A stretch of DNA of 64,000 bases from Camelus dromedarius (GCF_036321535.1 NC_087436.1:30382001-30446000); one strand, 5' to 3'; counted from the stretch's first letter, positions 40,679 to 53,710 are shown. Translations and numbers: made by a program. The notes: generated by a model not told the origin, from the letters alone.

Positions 40679-40944
40679 TGCAAATGTCAGTCACTGTATA
40701 TAAAAATAGATTTTAAAATTTTCTTCTGTATAGCTCTGGGAACTATATTCAATATCTTGTAATAACCTTTAATAAAAAAGAATATGAAAAAAAATATATG
40801 TATGTATATGCATGACTAGGACATAGTGCTGTACACCAGAAATTGAAACACTGTAACTGACTATGCTTCAATTAAAAAAAATAAAATGAAACCTCAAAAA
40901 ATAAAATGTTGAGTCTCCTACCAAAAAAAAAAAAAAAAAAAAAA
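40679..40944 (+). mobile_element. 5'-truncated camelid-type L1 3' end with compound tail
   Basis: gggaactatattcaatatcttgtaataaccttt…atgcatgactaggacatagtgctgtacaccagaaattg…ttcaatt, then A8, short unique segments and A22. Confidence 0.88.
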
Positions 40945-42109
40945 CCGAGAGAGACAATATTTTATAGATGTGGAAGGAGAATGCAAGTGAAGAGGCTATT
41001 ATTGAAGTTTCGCCTGAAGCGCAACATGTTCCTTACTTCCTTATGGGTGAAAATGTAATGCTCAATTTAGCACACTTTGTAGAGTTAAAACCCAAAATAC
41101 GGTGACAGGGGCCCCTTAATATTTCCTTTTAAAAGTGTATTCCCTTGGTCCTTGTAACCATGCTATAAAATTACTAACTAATATTTGGCAAAGAATTTGG
41201 AAAGGTGTGTATTCCCAGACATGCCATAAAATATCTTGGTTACAATATAAAATCAAGGCTACAGTACACCCATTAAAAGGATTTATAATTATGTTTTAAC
41301 TTAGAGTGGAGATGGAAAGAACACGAGACAGCTGTTAAGGGGGTGAGAGCAAAAAATATGCTCTACTATTCATCAAAAAAGAAGGCACTAGGGATACAGA
41401 ATTTGTTTTAAGTTGCTGAAAGATGTTGAAGAATTAAACAAGCTTGGAATTTATATTTTTAAATTGAAACATACTTTGTGATTCAACAGAAAATCTAATA
41501 TGATGAAACTCTCAAGAATATTTGTAATAGAGATGTTTACTTATGAAACAATGACAGCATTACATTTGATTATTTTAATATATTACATCAGTATGGAAGA
41601 AGGTGAGTTTACACTTAAAAACAATTAAAAAAAAAAAGAGAAGCATCCGAAGAGACAGGTATAGCTTGGAGCCTTTGATATGTAATCTAAGTGTCATTTT
41701 TCAACTCCAGTGGTTGCTTATCAAATGAATTGCTTGGTTTAGGAATAAAGATTTGTTACAAAATACAGCATCAAATATGTAATAAAGTTTTATTCAGGGA
41801 CTGGTCATCTATAAGGACAAAAATGTCACCACAAATTTTTATGCACAATTAATCTATATGTATACCCATACACAAAAAAGTACACATTTTGGTTAGATTT
41901 CATGCAGGTTGCTTTTCTATGCTGTCTAAAATATTGTATTCATTCAAATTTTAGGCTCTCAGATTTCAAAGATTAGCATTAGAAATTGTTGATAATTTAA
42001 ATACATAGTTTTTAATATTTAAAATTCTAGAATTAGGTAGAAAATTATTACTTTGCAAGAAGCTCAGAATCATGAGCTTCTAACTCTGAAAGAATTATTC
42101 TGCTACGAT

Positions 42110-42420
42110 TACTGCCAAAATCACTACTACCATTACTATTATTGCTACTGCCACAAATATTACTATCATTATTACTACTATTAGTAATTATAATGGCAAA
42201 CATTTGTTGACTGTTCACTGTATATTAAACACTACGCTGAGCTTTTTAACTGTTACACAATTTATTTTTATAGTAACTAAATCAGGTAAAGATTATTATT
42301 ATTCTCATTGTACAGGTAAATAAATATGTCCAAGGTCACATGGCTAGTGAAGAGCAAAGACAGTATCTAAACCCCAAACTGTGTGTTACCATAGTCCACA
42401 CTTTTCACCATCCATAGGCC
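42110..42420 (-). mobile_element. MIR SINE with expanded (TAC/TAT)n tail
   Basis: attattctcattgtacagg…ccaaggtcacatggctagtgaagagcaaaga. Confidence 0.75.
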
Positions 42421-43294
42421 ACTGTTGAGAAGATATCTATAACCTACTTTTTCATGATGCAAATTAAAACACAAAGAGAAAACAGGAGAGGCTACATCAA
42501 AGCATTGATAAAATAATTTGAGGTTTTGCTTTTAAGTAAGTTTTGCTGAAAGATCTCTTTTAATAATCAGAGTTAATAAGTATCAAAAAAGAAAAGTACA
42601 TTGCTCTCCCTGTATTAAAATGTCATGAGCTGCTGAGAATAAGGCTAATCAATAAACTAAGACCCAACTACAGAACTTTATGAAGTTAGTTTGAATAGCT
42701 CAGCCAGTTATACAAATGTGGAAGGAATCAAAACAGATGCTGGTGAGCTATCCCACTGACTTGGTTATCCATAATGAAGCAGTAATAAGGGATTACGACA
42801 GGCAAGGTGTTTTGAGACTTCTGACAAATTCTCACGAGGATTTAGTTAAAATCAAAGATGAATAATGTTTCCATGTGAAAGAATGGCCCACGTAATTCTG
42901 CAGAGTTTTGTCACATATACTTGCAGAGGATTCCAGAGTTACACATGTTAACTGGTTACTACAAAGGTACTGGAGGTTTGCTTCTTCTATAAAAGAACAG
43001 AAGGGCTGGAACTCAGTCCCTCAAACACACACAGAAAATTATCTGCAGCCTGTGTCGTAGTGTTTCCATTCCCCCACTCCCTCAGGTCAGACCCCTGAAA
43101 GTTACATTTCTTCCTCAATTATTTGGAATGTACAATTATTTATGAAAAATGGATAAATAACATATGGCTACCATTTATAGTAACAAAATCCTTGCTCATC
43201 GAGTATCTTTAACAAAAAGAACACTGAAGCTCAACAGTGTGTAAATTTAAGAATATGTTTCTCTTTATGGATAGTCAGTTTAAATAATTATAAT

Positions 43295-43422
43295 AAGAAA
43301 GAAAGAAAGAAAGAAAGAAAGGAGGAAGGAAGAAGGGAGGGAGGGAATGAATCAAAAAGTGAGAAAGGGAGGGAAGGAAAAAGTGAGGGACGGAGGGAGG
43401 AAGGAAGGGGGGAAAAAAGGGA
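43295..43422. repeat. (AAAG)n microsatellite and polypurine tract
   Basis: Directly visible; about 125 nt almost entirely A/G. Confidence 0.9.
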
Positions 43423-44039
43423 ATTCGTGATTTTAGGTAAGGTTATAGATGTCCTAGCCCCTATACTCTTTAATTGGCTGAAGGCATGTCAAGGCAAAGA
43501 CTGATAATTAAGTTATGTTTTAAAAATGTTAAAATTCAAATCTATTTTTAACCAAAATCAATATAAAATCCAATAAATAAAATACATTAAATATCTATTT
43601 ATAGGAATGTGCCTCCTTGACTGACTTAAACTGGTTTTACTTGTTACTTATTTTTCCTCGTGTACTTTTCAATTAAGTGCAGTTAATATTGACATTTCCA
43701 GGCATTCATCCTCCACAGTGTTTAGTAAGAAGTCTTGTTAAAAAAAAATAATGTGTTTATCAAATTTATTGTTCAAAACTAAATGAAAAGTATTACCTTC
43801 TTTTATTGATTTCAGCTCTTGAAGGAAGCAATCCTTTATAAAATGTTTTATAGTTTTTAGTTACATCAGTCTTTAAAGACATTGTAAAACTAACTGTAGC
43901 TAGAACCATCTTTTAATGGGTCACAGGTTTAAGTCTGGAGTTAAGCTTAGGTAAGTAATCACAGGATACAATCACACAGTGGGTACTTAAATGTTGGAAG
44001 ATAATGCCTCACTTTGGTTGAGACCAAAAGTTATGTCTC

Positions 44040-44450
44040 CAATCTGTTTCCGCTTCTTCAATAGTAATACAATTTTCAGAGGGTCATAAGACTACTCCCT
44101 GAGTATTAAAGAATACATTTCACAGCCCCCTTTGCAACAAATATGACTGTCATTATGCGAAAGTGTTTGGGGAGGCCTATAGGCACATCCATTACGACAG
44201 CTGAGACCACTGTTGGTCCCTGCTTGTCTCTTTTCTTACCTACTGCTTGTAATATGAGTGTTGCTAGATTGGATTATGAGGTTTAGAACATATATAATGA
44301 AATACCGGAGTAGAAGGATTGTGAGTCATACCAAACTTGGAGTGCATATTTGAAATTATAAAGGAAAGAAAAATAAATGTTCAACTTGTTTGGCATCTTT
44401 TATTCAACTATTTTTTCAAATGTTTATTATTCATGGCCAAACTCAACTAC
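44040..44450 (+). mobile_element. Old MLT1 (I/J-like) LTR
   Basis: acatttcacagccccctttgcaac…cctactgcttgtaatatgagtg…gaaaaataaatgttcaacttgttt. Confidence 0.6.
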
Positions 44451-44789
44451 TATCTCAGTTTTATACAGCATTCATATATTTTTATATGAAAAGAACTTAA
44501 GAATAATTCAGGATACATATATTCACTGTTTTACTTGTTACTATTTGTTTTTATTAATTAAAAAACTTATCAATTAAGTTAGATTTAAATGTCTCCTCTA
44601 ATATCCAAAATTCTCATTTGAAACTTTTTACTCACACATCATAACATAGCTCTAAATAGTCAGGGTCAACATTTAAATCCCACTGTTCAATTATATTTGT
44701 ATTTCCCTTTTTACCTTTGTGCATCCACCCTCAAAGAGTTTAGATAATCTTAATCATTTTGTCTTCTATTAGAAACATAAATAAATGAT

Positions 44790-44950
44790 TAATAATAACT
44801 AACATTTATAGCATGTTCCTGATCAGCCTGACTTAATATTATCTAGTTTAAGCCTCACAATGACCCAATAAAGTAAGCAGCATTATTATAACCATGATGA
44901 AATAGGCTTAAAGAATATTGAAAGTTTGATGAAGATCATACACTTACTGA
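44790..44950 (-). mobile_element. MIR SINE
   Basis: aataataactaacatttatagc…cctcacaatgacccaataaagtaag…aagatcatacac. Confidence 0.65.
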
Positions 44951-45651
44951 AGTATAAGCAAAACAATTATCCATTCATTAAAATAATGGTTTATCTTTCC
45001 AAAAATGTATATTCAACAGAAAATGTCTCTGGTATTATTTATATCTTATGAGATCTGATTTTTAAGCCAAGTCAGTGGCAACAGAATTAGATATGAGAAA
45101 GCTTCTTGAGCCATAAGTGATTTACTGAGTGACTAAGCTCTTTAAGATTTATGGTGATAAAAACATGTTTGGTAAGTACAAAGGAACAAATGATGAATTG
45201 TGAGACTCATAAAAGTTAGCCCTCAGCAGGTGGAATGATTCTCATTCAAGAGAATAGAACATGACACATTTTTGATGTGTATATGTTGAGGCCTGAGCAT
45301 GTAACACTTTGATGCTACAGCACCCATCTATATTGGAGCTAGATTCTTTTCTTACTTTCATTAATGTTGTCAAAATGATGATTAAATAGATAAGGTAGTG
45401 CAGTCTAAAAAATATTGACTGATTTGTTCTAATGTCACTTATGTCTTAATGAGGAAGACTGAAACTTGGCTTGGATTTTGTTTTAGTTGTTAGCAGCAAC
45501 CAGGTCGCTTATTATCTGGTATTCCAAGTTTCCCAAGTAATAAGACTTATGTTTTTTAGCACATCCATTCTTTAAATTGAGGTATGTATTGCTGGACTCA
45601 TCTTTCCTTTTTTTAACTGACATGCATGATATGAAGACATGTACTCTGAGG

Positions 45652-45843
45652 CAGGGAAGTGAAGCAAGGTTTTGAAGGGACTGAAATTAATGTAATTGCA
45701 GTATATGCAGGGTGAAATCCTTAAGAGAAAAAATGTATAAACAAATTTTTAATCTTAGATATAAGAACTTAAAAAGAAGGAGCCTGTTCAAGTGAAATGA
45801 CCTTAAGTTTGAGCTTCATCCGTTTCATGGTAAAATCTCACTA
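45652..45843. mobile_element. Short hAT-type MITE (MER91/MER53-like; family uncertain)
   Basis: About 190 bp: caggg…aggttttgaagggactgaa…gaaggagcctgttcaagtga…agcttcatccgtttcatggtaaaatc. Confidence 0.5.
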
Positions 45844-46479
45844 GAACAGCGTACATACCATATGTACATCTTGTTAGTAATCATGGAGACTTTCTAATAT
45901 TATGGCTTCTGGTACAATCTGTAAAGATACCTAGATCCGTATGTTTTCATTTTGCCTCTCCTAGTCAGTGATTATATTTACATATGCATTTTTAAAATTT
46001 ATATTGTAATATTCAACATACCCAACATTTATTGTACCAGGCATTGTTCTAAGCATTTCTACATTCACAAATTATATTGTGGAGCTGTTCTACCACCTAT
46101 ATAAATATAAACAGATATATAATAAGTTTAATTACAAATTATAAAATGAGAAAAGATAAATCAAAAAAGGGCATCTAGGCTTTGATGCAATTTAAAACCA
46201 AGTTAAGAGATAAAGCAATGTTTCAACTTAAGTCTTAGAACTAGATACTCTTTTAGTACAACAGTGCCCAGAGTCTGGTAAAGAACATGGATATCTAAAG
46301 GGGAAAAGAACTTCTTTAAACGTATATCTAAAGTGACCTCTCTTGCAAGGAAAGAAGGAAGGAAGGAAGGGTGGGGGGTAGGAAAGAAAGGAGGGAAAGT
46401 AAGAAGAGAAAGCAGTTATGAATGGCAGTGGAAAAAATCTACTATTATGTATTTCAAAGCTTTGCCATGAAACACCTGG

Positions 46480-48260
46480 CAATACATGGCAATGAAAATT
46501 TGTGTATTTACACAGATTTCCAGACATATTTTAACAGTGCAGATAATGTAAAATCAAAATACAATCCTGTCGTATCACACTTATCAGCAATGATTTGTAC
46601 CATTCTTTAAAAAAAAAGCCACTTTGATAGGCAAAAGCAAAAAGTAGCTTCTTGTTTGTATTTTATTATTTTTAAGTTTAACTTTGAATAGTTTGAAAAT
46701 GTTCACGTAGATTTGTTGACTCATTGTCTTCCTCCGTAAGTTGTCTTTTCATTATTTATTCTCAGCATTCTGTATGGTATTTGATGTTTTCCTAATTATT
46801 TGTTAAAATAATAAAGGTCACACATATTCCATTTATGTTACTTTTTTCATCATTTGACTCTACACTGTGTGGTATTTAATGGAACATAATTTATAATTTT
46901 ACACAGCCACATCTTTCACTATTTCTACTATAATTTGTAAATTGAATATAATGCCAAAAAAGACATTCACCTTTTTAATATGTGAATATTTGCTAATGTT
47001 TCATTCAGTACTTCTATAAGCTATTTTTGCATTTAATAAATAGAATTTATATACTAGTGGTTATTAGGGTTATAATTTCACTTTTCTTTAAACATACTCA
47101 GTTTTTCACAAAACTGAATTATGTTATGTTTAGATATATATTACATGTAAATGTGTATACAATTATATACTCATTTAAATGTCTATTAATCATTCTATCA
47201 GTCAGTAGATTTTTTTCTAACCCATATTACCATTATATAATTAATTTTAACATCATATAGCAAGTGACCATGCAACACACACACACACAGCTTTATTCTT
47301 GTAAAAAAGGGACTGTTTTAGTTGTATGCTATTTTCTTTCTATTATGAATAGAAAAAGCAGGAATTTGGATTTTGGAAGCTTATATTTTTATACACTGTG
47401 AATAAACAACATTAATACAATAAGTTCAGGATGAATATGCTGCTGCTATCTGCCTAACGTAAGTTAACTAGGTTGTATTATAATCTACTGTGTTTTTCAT
47501 GTAATCAAACTCTCTATTAAGAGGATTGCTTTCAAGAAGTACTATAACATCATACGAGGATTGAATATAAAAGTGTGAATAATGGATTCTCTGAAAGGAA
47601 ATATCACATCTGAGATTGAAGTCTGTCATTATCCTACAGAAAAAGTATCCATTTTTACCTTTGAAATCAGATAATGGCCACTGTTCTTAGGAAAGCATGA
47701 ATTTCAAATAACCTATTTTCATTTCTTGAAATTCATACCTTTATGCATGCTACTGATATTCAGGTTACTAGTTCAATTCCATTGGGCCCACAAGTGACAA
47801 TTCTCACAAATTCGTAACTCCAAGTGAACCTCAGAATACATAGGTCAAGCTCTAGTACAGAATTCTATTGGGGTTTTGATTAAAATTGCATTAAATTAAA
47901 AGATTAACTTTCGAAGAAGTAAAATATTTATAACTTAATATTTCTTTTCATTTATTTTGAATTGCCTTTATGTTCTTCACCGAGTTGAAGTTATATTCTT
48001 CATGCAGGTTTATCCTCACATTTTTTATAAAATTAAAAAAAAACTTTAATAATTTTGCTACATAAAGAAAACATTTTTTCTGACATGTTTTCCTATATAG
48101 GAAAGCTTATGATATATACAATATTTATAAATATTTATATATAAAACACATTTCAGAACTTATAAATATATATACATTGACATGCATGTATATCTGTGCA
48201 TATATATATGTATATATAACGGAATTTAGGTCAACTCTAATATTTTTCAGGTTTACAAGT
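46480..48260 (-). mobile_element. Scattered ancient L1 (L1ME-like) antisense fragments
   Basis: T-rich decayed L1 motifs such as ggggttttgattaaaattgcattaaatt; discontinuous. Confidence 0.4.
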
Positions 48261-48395
48261 ATTCAAAATTAATGCCAGTATTTGATCTCCTGTGCAATTT
48301 TCTACACATTTTTTTTTCTTGTTTTATTACTCGGCCTGCACAGACTAATGGTAAATGAGACTTGGGATTCCTGGGGAAATGTGGAATATTACGTG

Positions 48396-48836
48396 TGTTG
48401 GGAGAGGCAGTCTGCCATGAACTCAGAGCACCCCTACACACCTGTGTGCCAAGGTTGCAAGGCTTGACCATTTATGCTCCTGGGACATTTTTCAAAGTTG
48501 TGTTTGCTGTGAGCAACTTTGAGGGTTGATGTGATGTCACCCTCAGAACCAAGAAGAGGCTTCTTTACTGTTTACTCTGAAAGATGTGTATTTCCCGGTC
48601 AGTATTTCTCCTCTATGGTGCAAACCTACTGCATGTGCAGTATCCATCTAGCAGCCCCCCAGCTCCCACATTGCCCCCATGGGACTTGGCAGGAAGGGGG
48701 TTGATGTTCATGATGCTTGCTGTACTGTCTTTTGAGTCTAATTCAGGAGTCTCCTGTCTTCTTCCTACATTGGCAAATAGTAACAGGCTAACATATTTGG
48801 TTGGAAGAAGGCTAAAATTGAATTCTAGCCCCAACA
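48396..48836 (+). mobile_element. ERVL LTR, LTR40-like
   Basis: tgttgggagaggcagtctgcca…gcaaacctactgcatgtgcagtatccatct…cccccatgggacttgg…caggagtctcctgtcttct…caggctaac…ccaaca; inverted termini. Confidence 0.75.
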
Positions 48837-49520
48837 ATTTTGGGGATGAGTATAGCATGTTGATAAGCATGCCATGTTTAAAATGACTAAATCACAAGAA
48901 GCGCAAGGGCCCTGCAAACTGGATTTGGGGATATGGGCACATTCCCTGGGACTGGGTAGGAAAAGCTTTGGCCCAAGTGATGGGCTGGTAAGAGTAAGGT
49001 CTTTCCATGTCCTATCTGTTAATGAGGCTGAACAATCAGAAGTAAAATTGGAACAAATCCATGAATGGTGATTTGACTATTGCCTATTCACCTCCGGGTA
49101 GGAGCAGAAAGGGATGCTATGATGGCAGTGGGACAGCAAATTCCACTGCCATAGCTAGAAGGCAATGCTACAGTGGCTGTGCAGTTCCCAGAACTAAAAC
49201 AAACGGTCTCAGCAATAGGGAACTTCCTGTTCCATATAGAGCTTTGAGTGAGCCAGAAACACTGGAGGTTTGCTTGGCTGTGCAGCAAGAAAGTGGGTAG
49301 TCAAATGTAAAAATGAATGCAAAGCCTTGCCTACCAACATGGAGCTGCTTTCCACTGCTGGGTAATCTGCAAAGAGGCAGAGCTATATAGGACTGCACAG
49401 GGCAGAAAGAGAGGCATTTGCCAGATGTCTGGTAGTACATGGAGGAAGAAGCAGCACTCTTACCTGCACTGACTTTGGCACCAGAGGTCAAGGGATAAAA
49501 ACCCTTATTCTCTAGGAACA
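48837..49520 (+). mobile_element. Decayed ERVL-type internal (leader/gag region) following the LTR
   Basis: G-rich sequence directly after the LTR CA end; no intact ORF; assignment mainly positional. Confidence 0.45.
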
Positions 49521-49734
49521 ATGAACACACCAGATAAATAAGGTATAATTTTACAGAAGATCCAGAGCACCATCTAGGGAAAAAATGTACACTGCACCTT
49601 TTCCATTGTGGAGGGGCAAATGATTTCTCTGAAAAAGGGAGAAAAAGAGAGAAAAAAAAATATTTTGCAGATTTCATATTCAATGACTGCCATGCAGTTG
49701 AATCCCAGTTGTTAGCTTATTGGTACTCCAAAAG

Positions 49735-49803
49735 TGTCAGCTACAACTTGCCACAATAATGCTGCATAACAAACTATCGTAAGTCAGTGACTCTAAACAA
49801 CAT
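49735..49803 (-). mobile_element. MLT1 LTR 3' stub cut by an L1 insertion
   Basis: ttgccacaataatgctgcataacaaac…cagtgactctaaacaacattt. Confidence 0.6.
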
Positions 49804-50280
49804 TTTTTTCTTTGGCCCTTCACGCCTTTTATTACTAGTATGATAATCTCTAGGTCCATCCAGGTTGCTGTAAATGGCATTATTTCATTCTTTTTTATAG
49901 CTGAGTAGTATTCCATTATATATTTATATATAATATACACACCACATCTTCTTTATCCAACCATTTGTCAATGGACATTTAGGCTGCTTCAAAGTCTTGG
50001 TTATTGTAAATAGTGTTGCTGTGAGCATTGGGGTCCTTGTATCTTTTCAAATTAAAGTATTCTCCAGATATAAGCCCAGGAGTAGGATTGTTGGATCATA
50101 GGGTAACTCTATTTATAGTTTTTTAAGGAACCTCCATACTTGTCCTTAATGGCTGCACCAAATTACATTCCTACCAACAGTGTAGGAGGGTTCCCTTTTC
50201 TCCACACCCTCTCCAGCATTCATGGACTTTTTATGATGGCCAATGAGAGGTGATACCTCATTGTAGCTTTGAGTTACATT
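49803..50280 (-). mobile_element. L1 ORF2 C-terminal segment (non-inverted arm of a 5'-inverted insertion)
   Basis: ORF 49737..49940 contains MEYYSAIKKNEIMPFTATWMDLEIIIL, the L1 ORF2 C-terminus. Confidence 0.9.
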
Positions 50281-51179
50281 TCAAAGAAATGGAAAAATAC
50301 CCCATGTTCTTGGATTGAAAGGATTAATACTGTTAAAATAGCCACATTACCCAAAGCAATCTACAAATTTAGTGCAATCCCTATCAAATTACCCAGGACA
50401 TTTTCCCCAGCAATAGGACAAATAATCCCCAAATTTATACAGAGTCACAAAAAGACCTAGAATTGCCAAAGCAATACTGGAAAAAAAAAAAAAAAAAAGA
50501 ATGAAGCTGGAGGCATAAGGAGGCCAATATTCAGACAATACTACAAAGCTACAGTAATTAAAACCACATGGTATTGGCATAAAAACAGACATGGATCAAT
50601 GGGACAGAATAGAGAGCCCAGAAATAAACTCACACACCTATGGTCAATCAATCTTCAACAATGGAGGGAGGAATACACAATGGAGAAAAGACAGTCTCTT
50701 AGGCAAGTGGTGTTGGGAAAATTGGACAGCCACTCCCTCACACCATATACAAAAATAAACTCCAAATGGATTTAAGACTTAAACATAAGACAGGACACCA
50801 TAAATCTCTAAACCTCCTAGAAGAGAACATAGGCGAATGTTCTCCTAGGGCCGTCTACCCAGGCAACAGAAATAAAAGCAAAAATTAACAAATGGGACCT
50901 AATTAAACTTACAAGCTTTTGCACAACAAAGGAAACCATAAACAAAACAAAAAGACAAGCTACAGAATGGGAGAGAATATTTGCAAACAATGTGACCAAT
51001 AAGAAATTAGTTTCCAAAATACACAAACAGCTTATATATCTCAATATCCGAAAAACAAACAACCCAATCAAAAAATGGGCAGAAGACGTAAATAGATATT
51101 TTTCCAATGAAGACATACAGATTATCAATAGGCACATGAAAATGCTCAATATCGTTAATTATCAGAGAACTACAAATCA
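50281..51179 (+). mobile_element. L1 ORF2 post-RT segment (inverted arm)
   Basis: [36 protein letters not shown] and [30 protein letters not shown] are L1 ORF2 motifs; frameshifted. Confidence 0.92.
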
Positions 51180-51199
51180 CCTTCTTATTAAGACCTACC

Positions 51200-51700
51200 T
51201 ACTGGACTAATTCAGTGGTTCAAATCTTTTCCATCCTTTTCTAATAACTTGGTTTGCTTGATTTATTAGTTTTTATGTAGGTATATTTAGGCCACCCACT
51301 CTGACTGTGGTATTGTATTCTCCTTTAATGCTGTCAGATTTTGTACTGTATGTTATGTTATATGGTTAGGTTCGTAAGTTTTTATCATAATTGTGTCTTC
51401 TTTGTGTTTTCTGCATTTGCTATCCAATATCCTTTTTTTATCCTTTATAATGGATTTTTGTTATTGTGTGTGTGTGAGTGTGTGCACGTGTTTCTTTCAG
51501 TTATTGTTTGCCTGGTCTACTCTTGTGATCCCTTTATTTTCCACCTGTCTGCATGTGTATGTTTCTATGTTTGTTCTATTGCCTTACTCCTTCCACGTAA
51601 AAAAGTATGTGGAGGGATTTTAAAAACCAACTAATAATCCTTTTGCTCTAATCAGAGCTTACATTAAATCAATTTATATTTATTATGATTATTATATATT
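51200..51700 (-). mobile_element. Ancient L1 ORF2 5' region, highly decayed
   Basis: gttcaaatcttttccatcctt…tttgcttgatttattag…tgtttgcctggtcta. Confidence 0.5.
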
Positions 51701-53469
51701 ACAAATTATTTCTATTTTTAAATTTTTTATAATTTTACTTAACATCTCTTTCCTTTTTCTCCCTTTCTGCCTCTTCCCTCTTACTTCATTAATAATGATT
51801 TATAAAGTTTTCCTCTCATGCTTATATTTTACACAAAGAGTACAGTCAGAATACTTAGTGAATATCTTCTCATGTCAATATCTGCTAAAATTTCAATATT
51901 GTATTTTATTTTTTAAAATATAATAACTATCTTATATGTTTATTAACACCTTAAATAAACCAATTAGAAGTTATTTCTTGGTTTACCTATTTGGAATTTA
52001 TTAATATGCTTTTTCACAAAGTTTAGTTTATTGTGTTCTTTAATTTCATCCAGAAGGATTTCATGTTTTAGTTGTTAATTTGGCTGACTGTCTTTCTTAG
52101 GGTTATATTTCATTTTGCATTGTGGGTCTCCAAGTTCATTTTGTGTGTTCTCTCACTCACCACCTCTTCTCTCACTCACCTTGTTCAGCTGCTGCTTATT
52201 TTGCTTGTCTCCAACATTCCCCTGGGAATCCCCACTCTAAACCCAGGCTCATCTAATTGGTTAGGGCCTCTGCCACATAATGACAATGATTATATTCCAT
52301 ATGAAGTAGTGAGCAGTGATATTTCAGCTCAGTCCCTCAGACACAGATTCCAAGGCTCTGTCTGTTGGATCCCATGTCCTTAGCCACATATTAGCATAAG
52401 ACACAGCCTCAGGTAGTAGTCATTGAAACTTCTCCAGCCTGTTTTCTGAGAATGAAGTAGTGAGACTAATTCTTATACACAAATTTGTGTTTGGAGGTTT
52501 GTGTTTCATATCACTTAGAAGAGCAAGCTCCGAGTCATCTATACCTAATGCCATACTTAGATGTCTCAGGGATATAGCCTGAGATTGCGTTTCTAGCCCA
52601 TGAAGATTTTAACTTGTTTTTGAGTTTTAGCATTTCTTTTCTTTCATCATTTAACGAAATTGTTTTTCTCTAACTTCATACTATATTAACATACAAATAA
52701 AACTTATCCTGGAGGAGTGCAAATGAGTTTCTAAATTTTGTGTCTCCTTATTTAATTTGTTTCAGTGTATTTAAGAGAAGAGTGCATGTTCTGTGTTCAA
52801 ATTAGAAAATATTTCCAATTAACCGCGGTCTCTACATCTTCCTGATTTGCAATGCAGAACAGGAAAATATTAGTAAGATGTGGGACTTCTATTCAGGGAA
52901 ACTATAATCCAATTTTTTGGAATCAAATAAAAACAAATGACTATGATGCAAGGGACAGCCATATGAGAGTTGCAAACAGAATGTAACAGATAAGATTTTT
53001 AACAGATTCTGAGTGTTAGTGGGAATATCAGCAAGGATTTTGTGGGGAGGAATAATAATTCACATAGGTAAACAGGAAAGATAATGAATTTTAGAGAAAT
53101 GAAACAACACGTTGAAAGGCAAAAGCTTAGACGAGCATTTTGCATGTTTTGGCAACAGTTCATATTCCAATATGAATGGCAGGCCATACAAATTAGAGAG
53201 AGATCAGAAGAAGCTAAGTGTTAGCTTGGTGACTTGTGGGCTAGACTGAGAAATTCATCCGCAATATTGTTGACAACTGGTATTGTCTGATGGTTTGTGA
53301 CATAATGAGAATAATCTATATAAGAATAAAAACTTATTTTATCTGGTAGTGGAGGCTATAGAAAGATACAAAAATGACTGACATTTTCTGCTTATGATGC
53401 TGGGAAATGTATACTGGCTTTAAAAATAATCATCAGGCTCTAGAAATATATAATTTATTCTTTTGGGTT

Positions 53470-53710
53470 TCTCATAGTCTTTGCTAAACATACAGTATGA
53501 AAATAAAACTCTGCTAAGTATTTTACATAAGTTTTATTATATACTCCTTAAAATAACCCTATAAAGTAAATTCTACTATAGTTCCCAAAGTATACACAAG
53601 GTAAATGAGGTTTGGAAAGTTTACATGGCTAATAACTGGCATAGCAATGTATTAGTGGAGGAGGGTTTTGAGTCCAAATTCCTTACACTTAAACACTTCT
53701 TCCAAGTGCC
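53470..53710 (-). mobile_element. MIR SINE
   Basis: ctgctaagtattttacata…aataaccctataaagta…aaatgaggtttggaaag. Confidence 0.6.

Noticed and set aside
42661..42750. Exon-like run DPTTELYEVSLNSSASYTNVEGIKTDA ending at a gtgagc donor
   Set aside because: No polypyrimidine acceptor and no recognisable protein.
49168..49683. Longest listed ORF (171 aa, minus strand)
   Set aside because: Lies antisense across decayed retroviral-like sequence, has no recognisable domain and is within chance length.
50817..51149. 110-aa hydrophobic ORF resembling a membrane protein
   Set aside because: Antisense translation of L1 ORF2, a common artefact.
52148..52180. 14-bp direct repeat ttctctcactcacc
   Set aside because: Simple local slippage duplication with two units; not an array.
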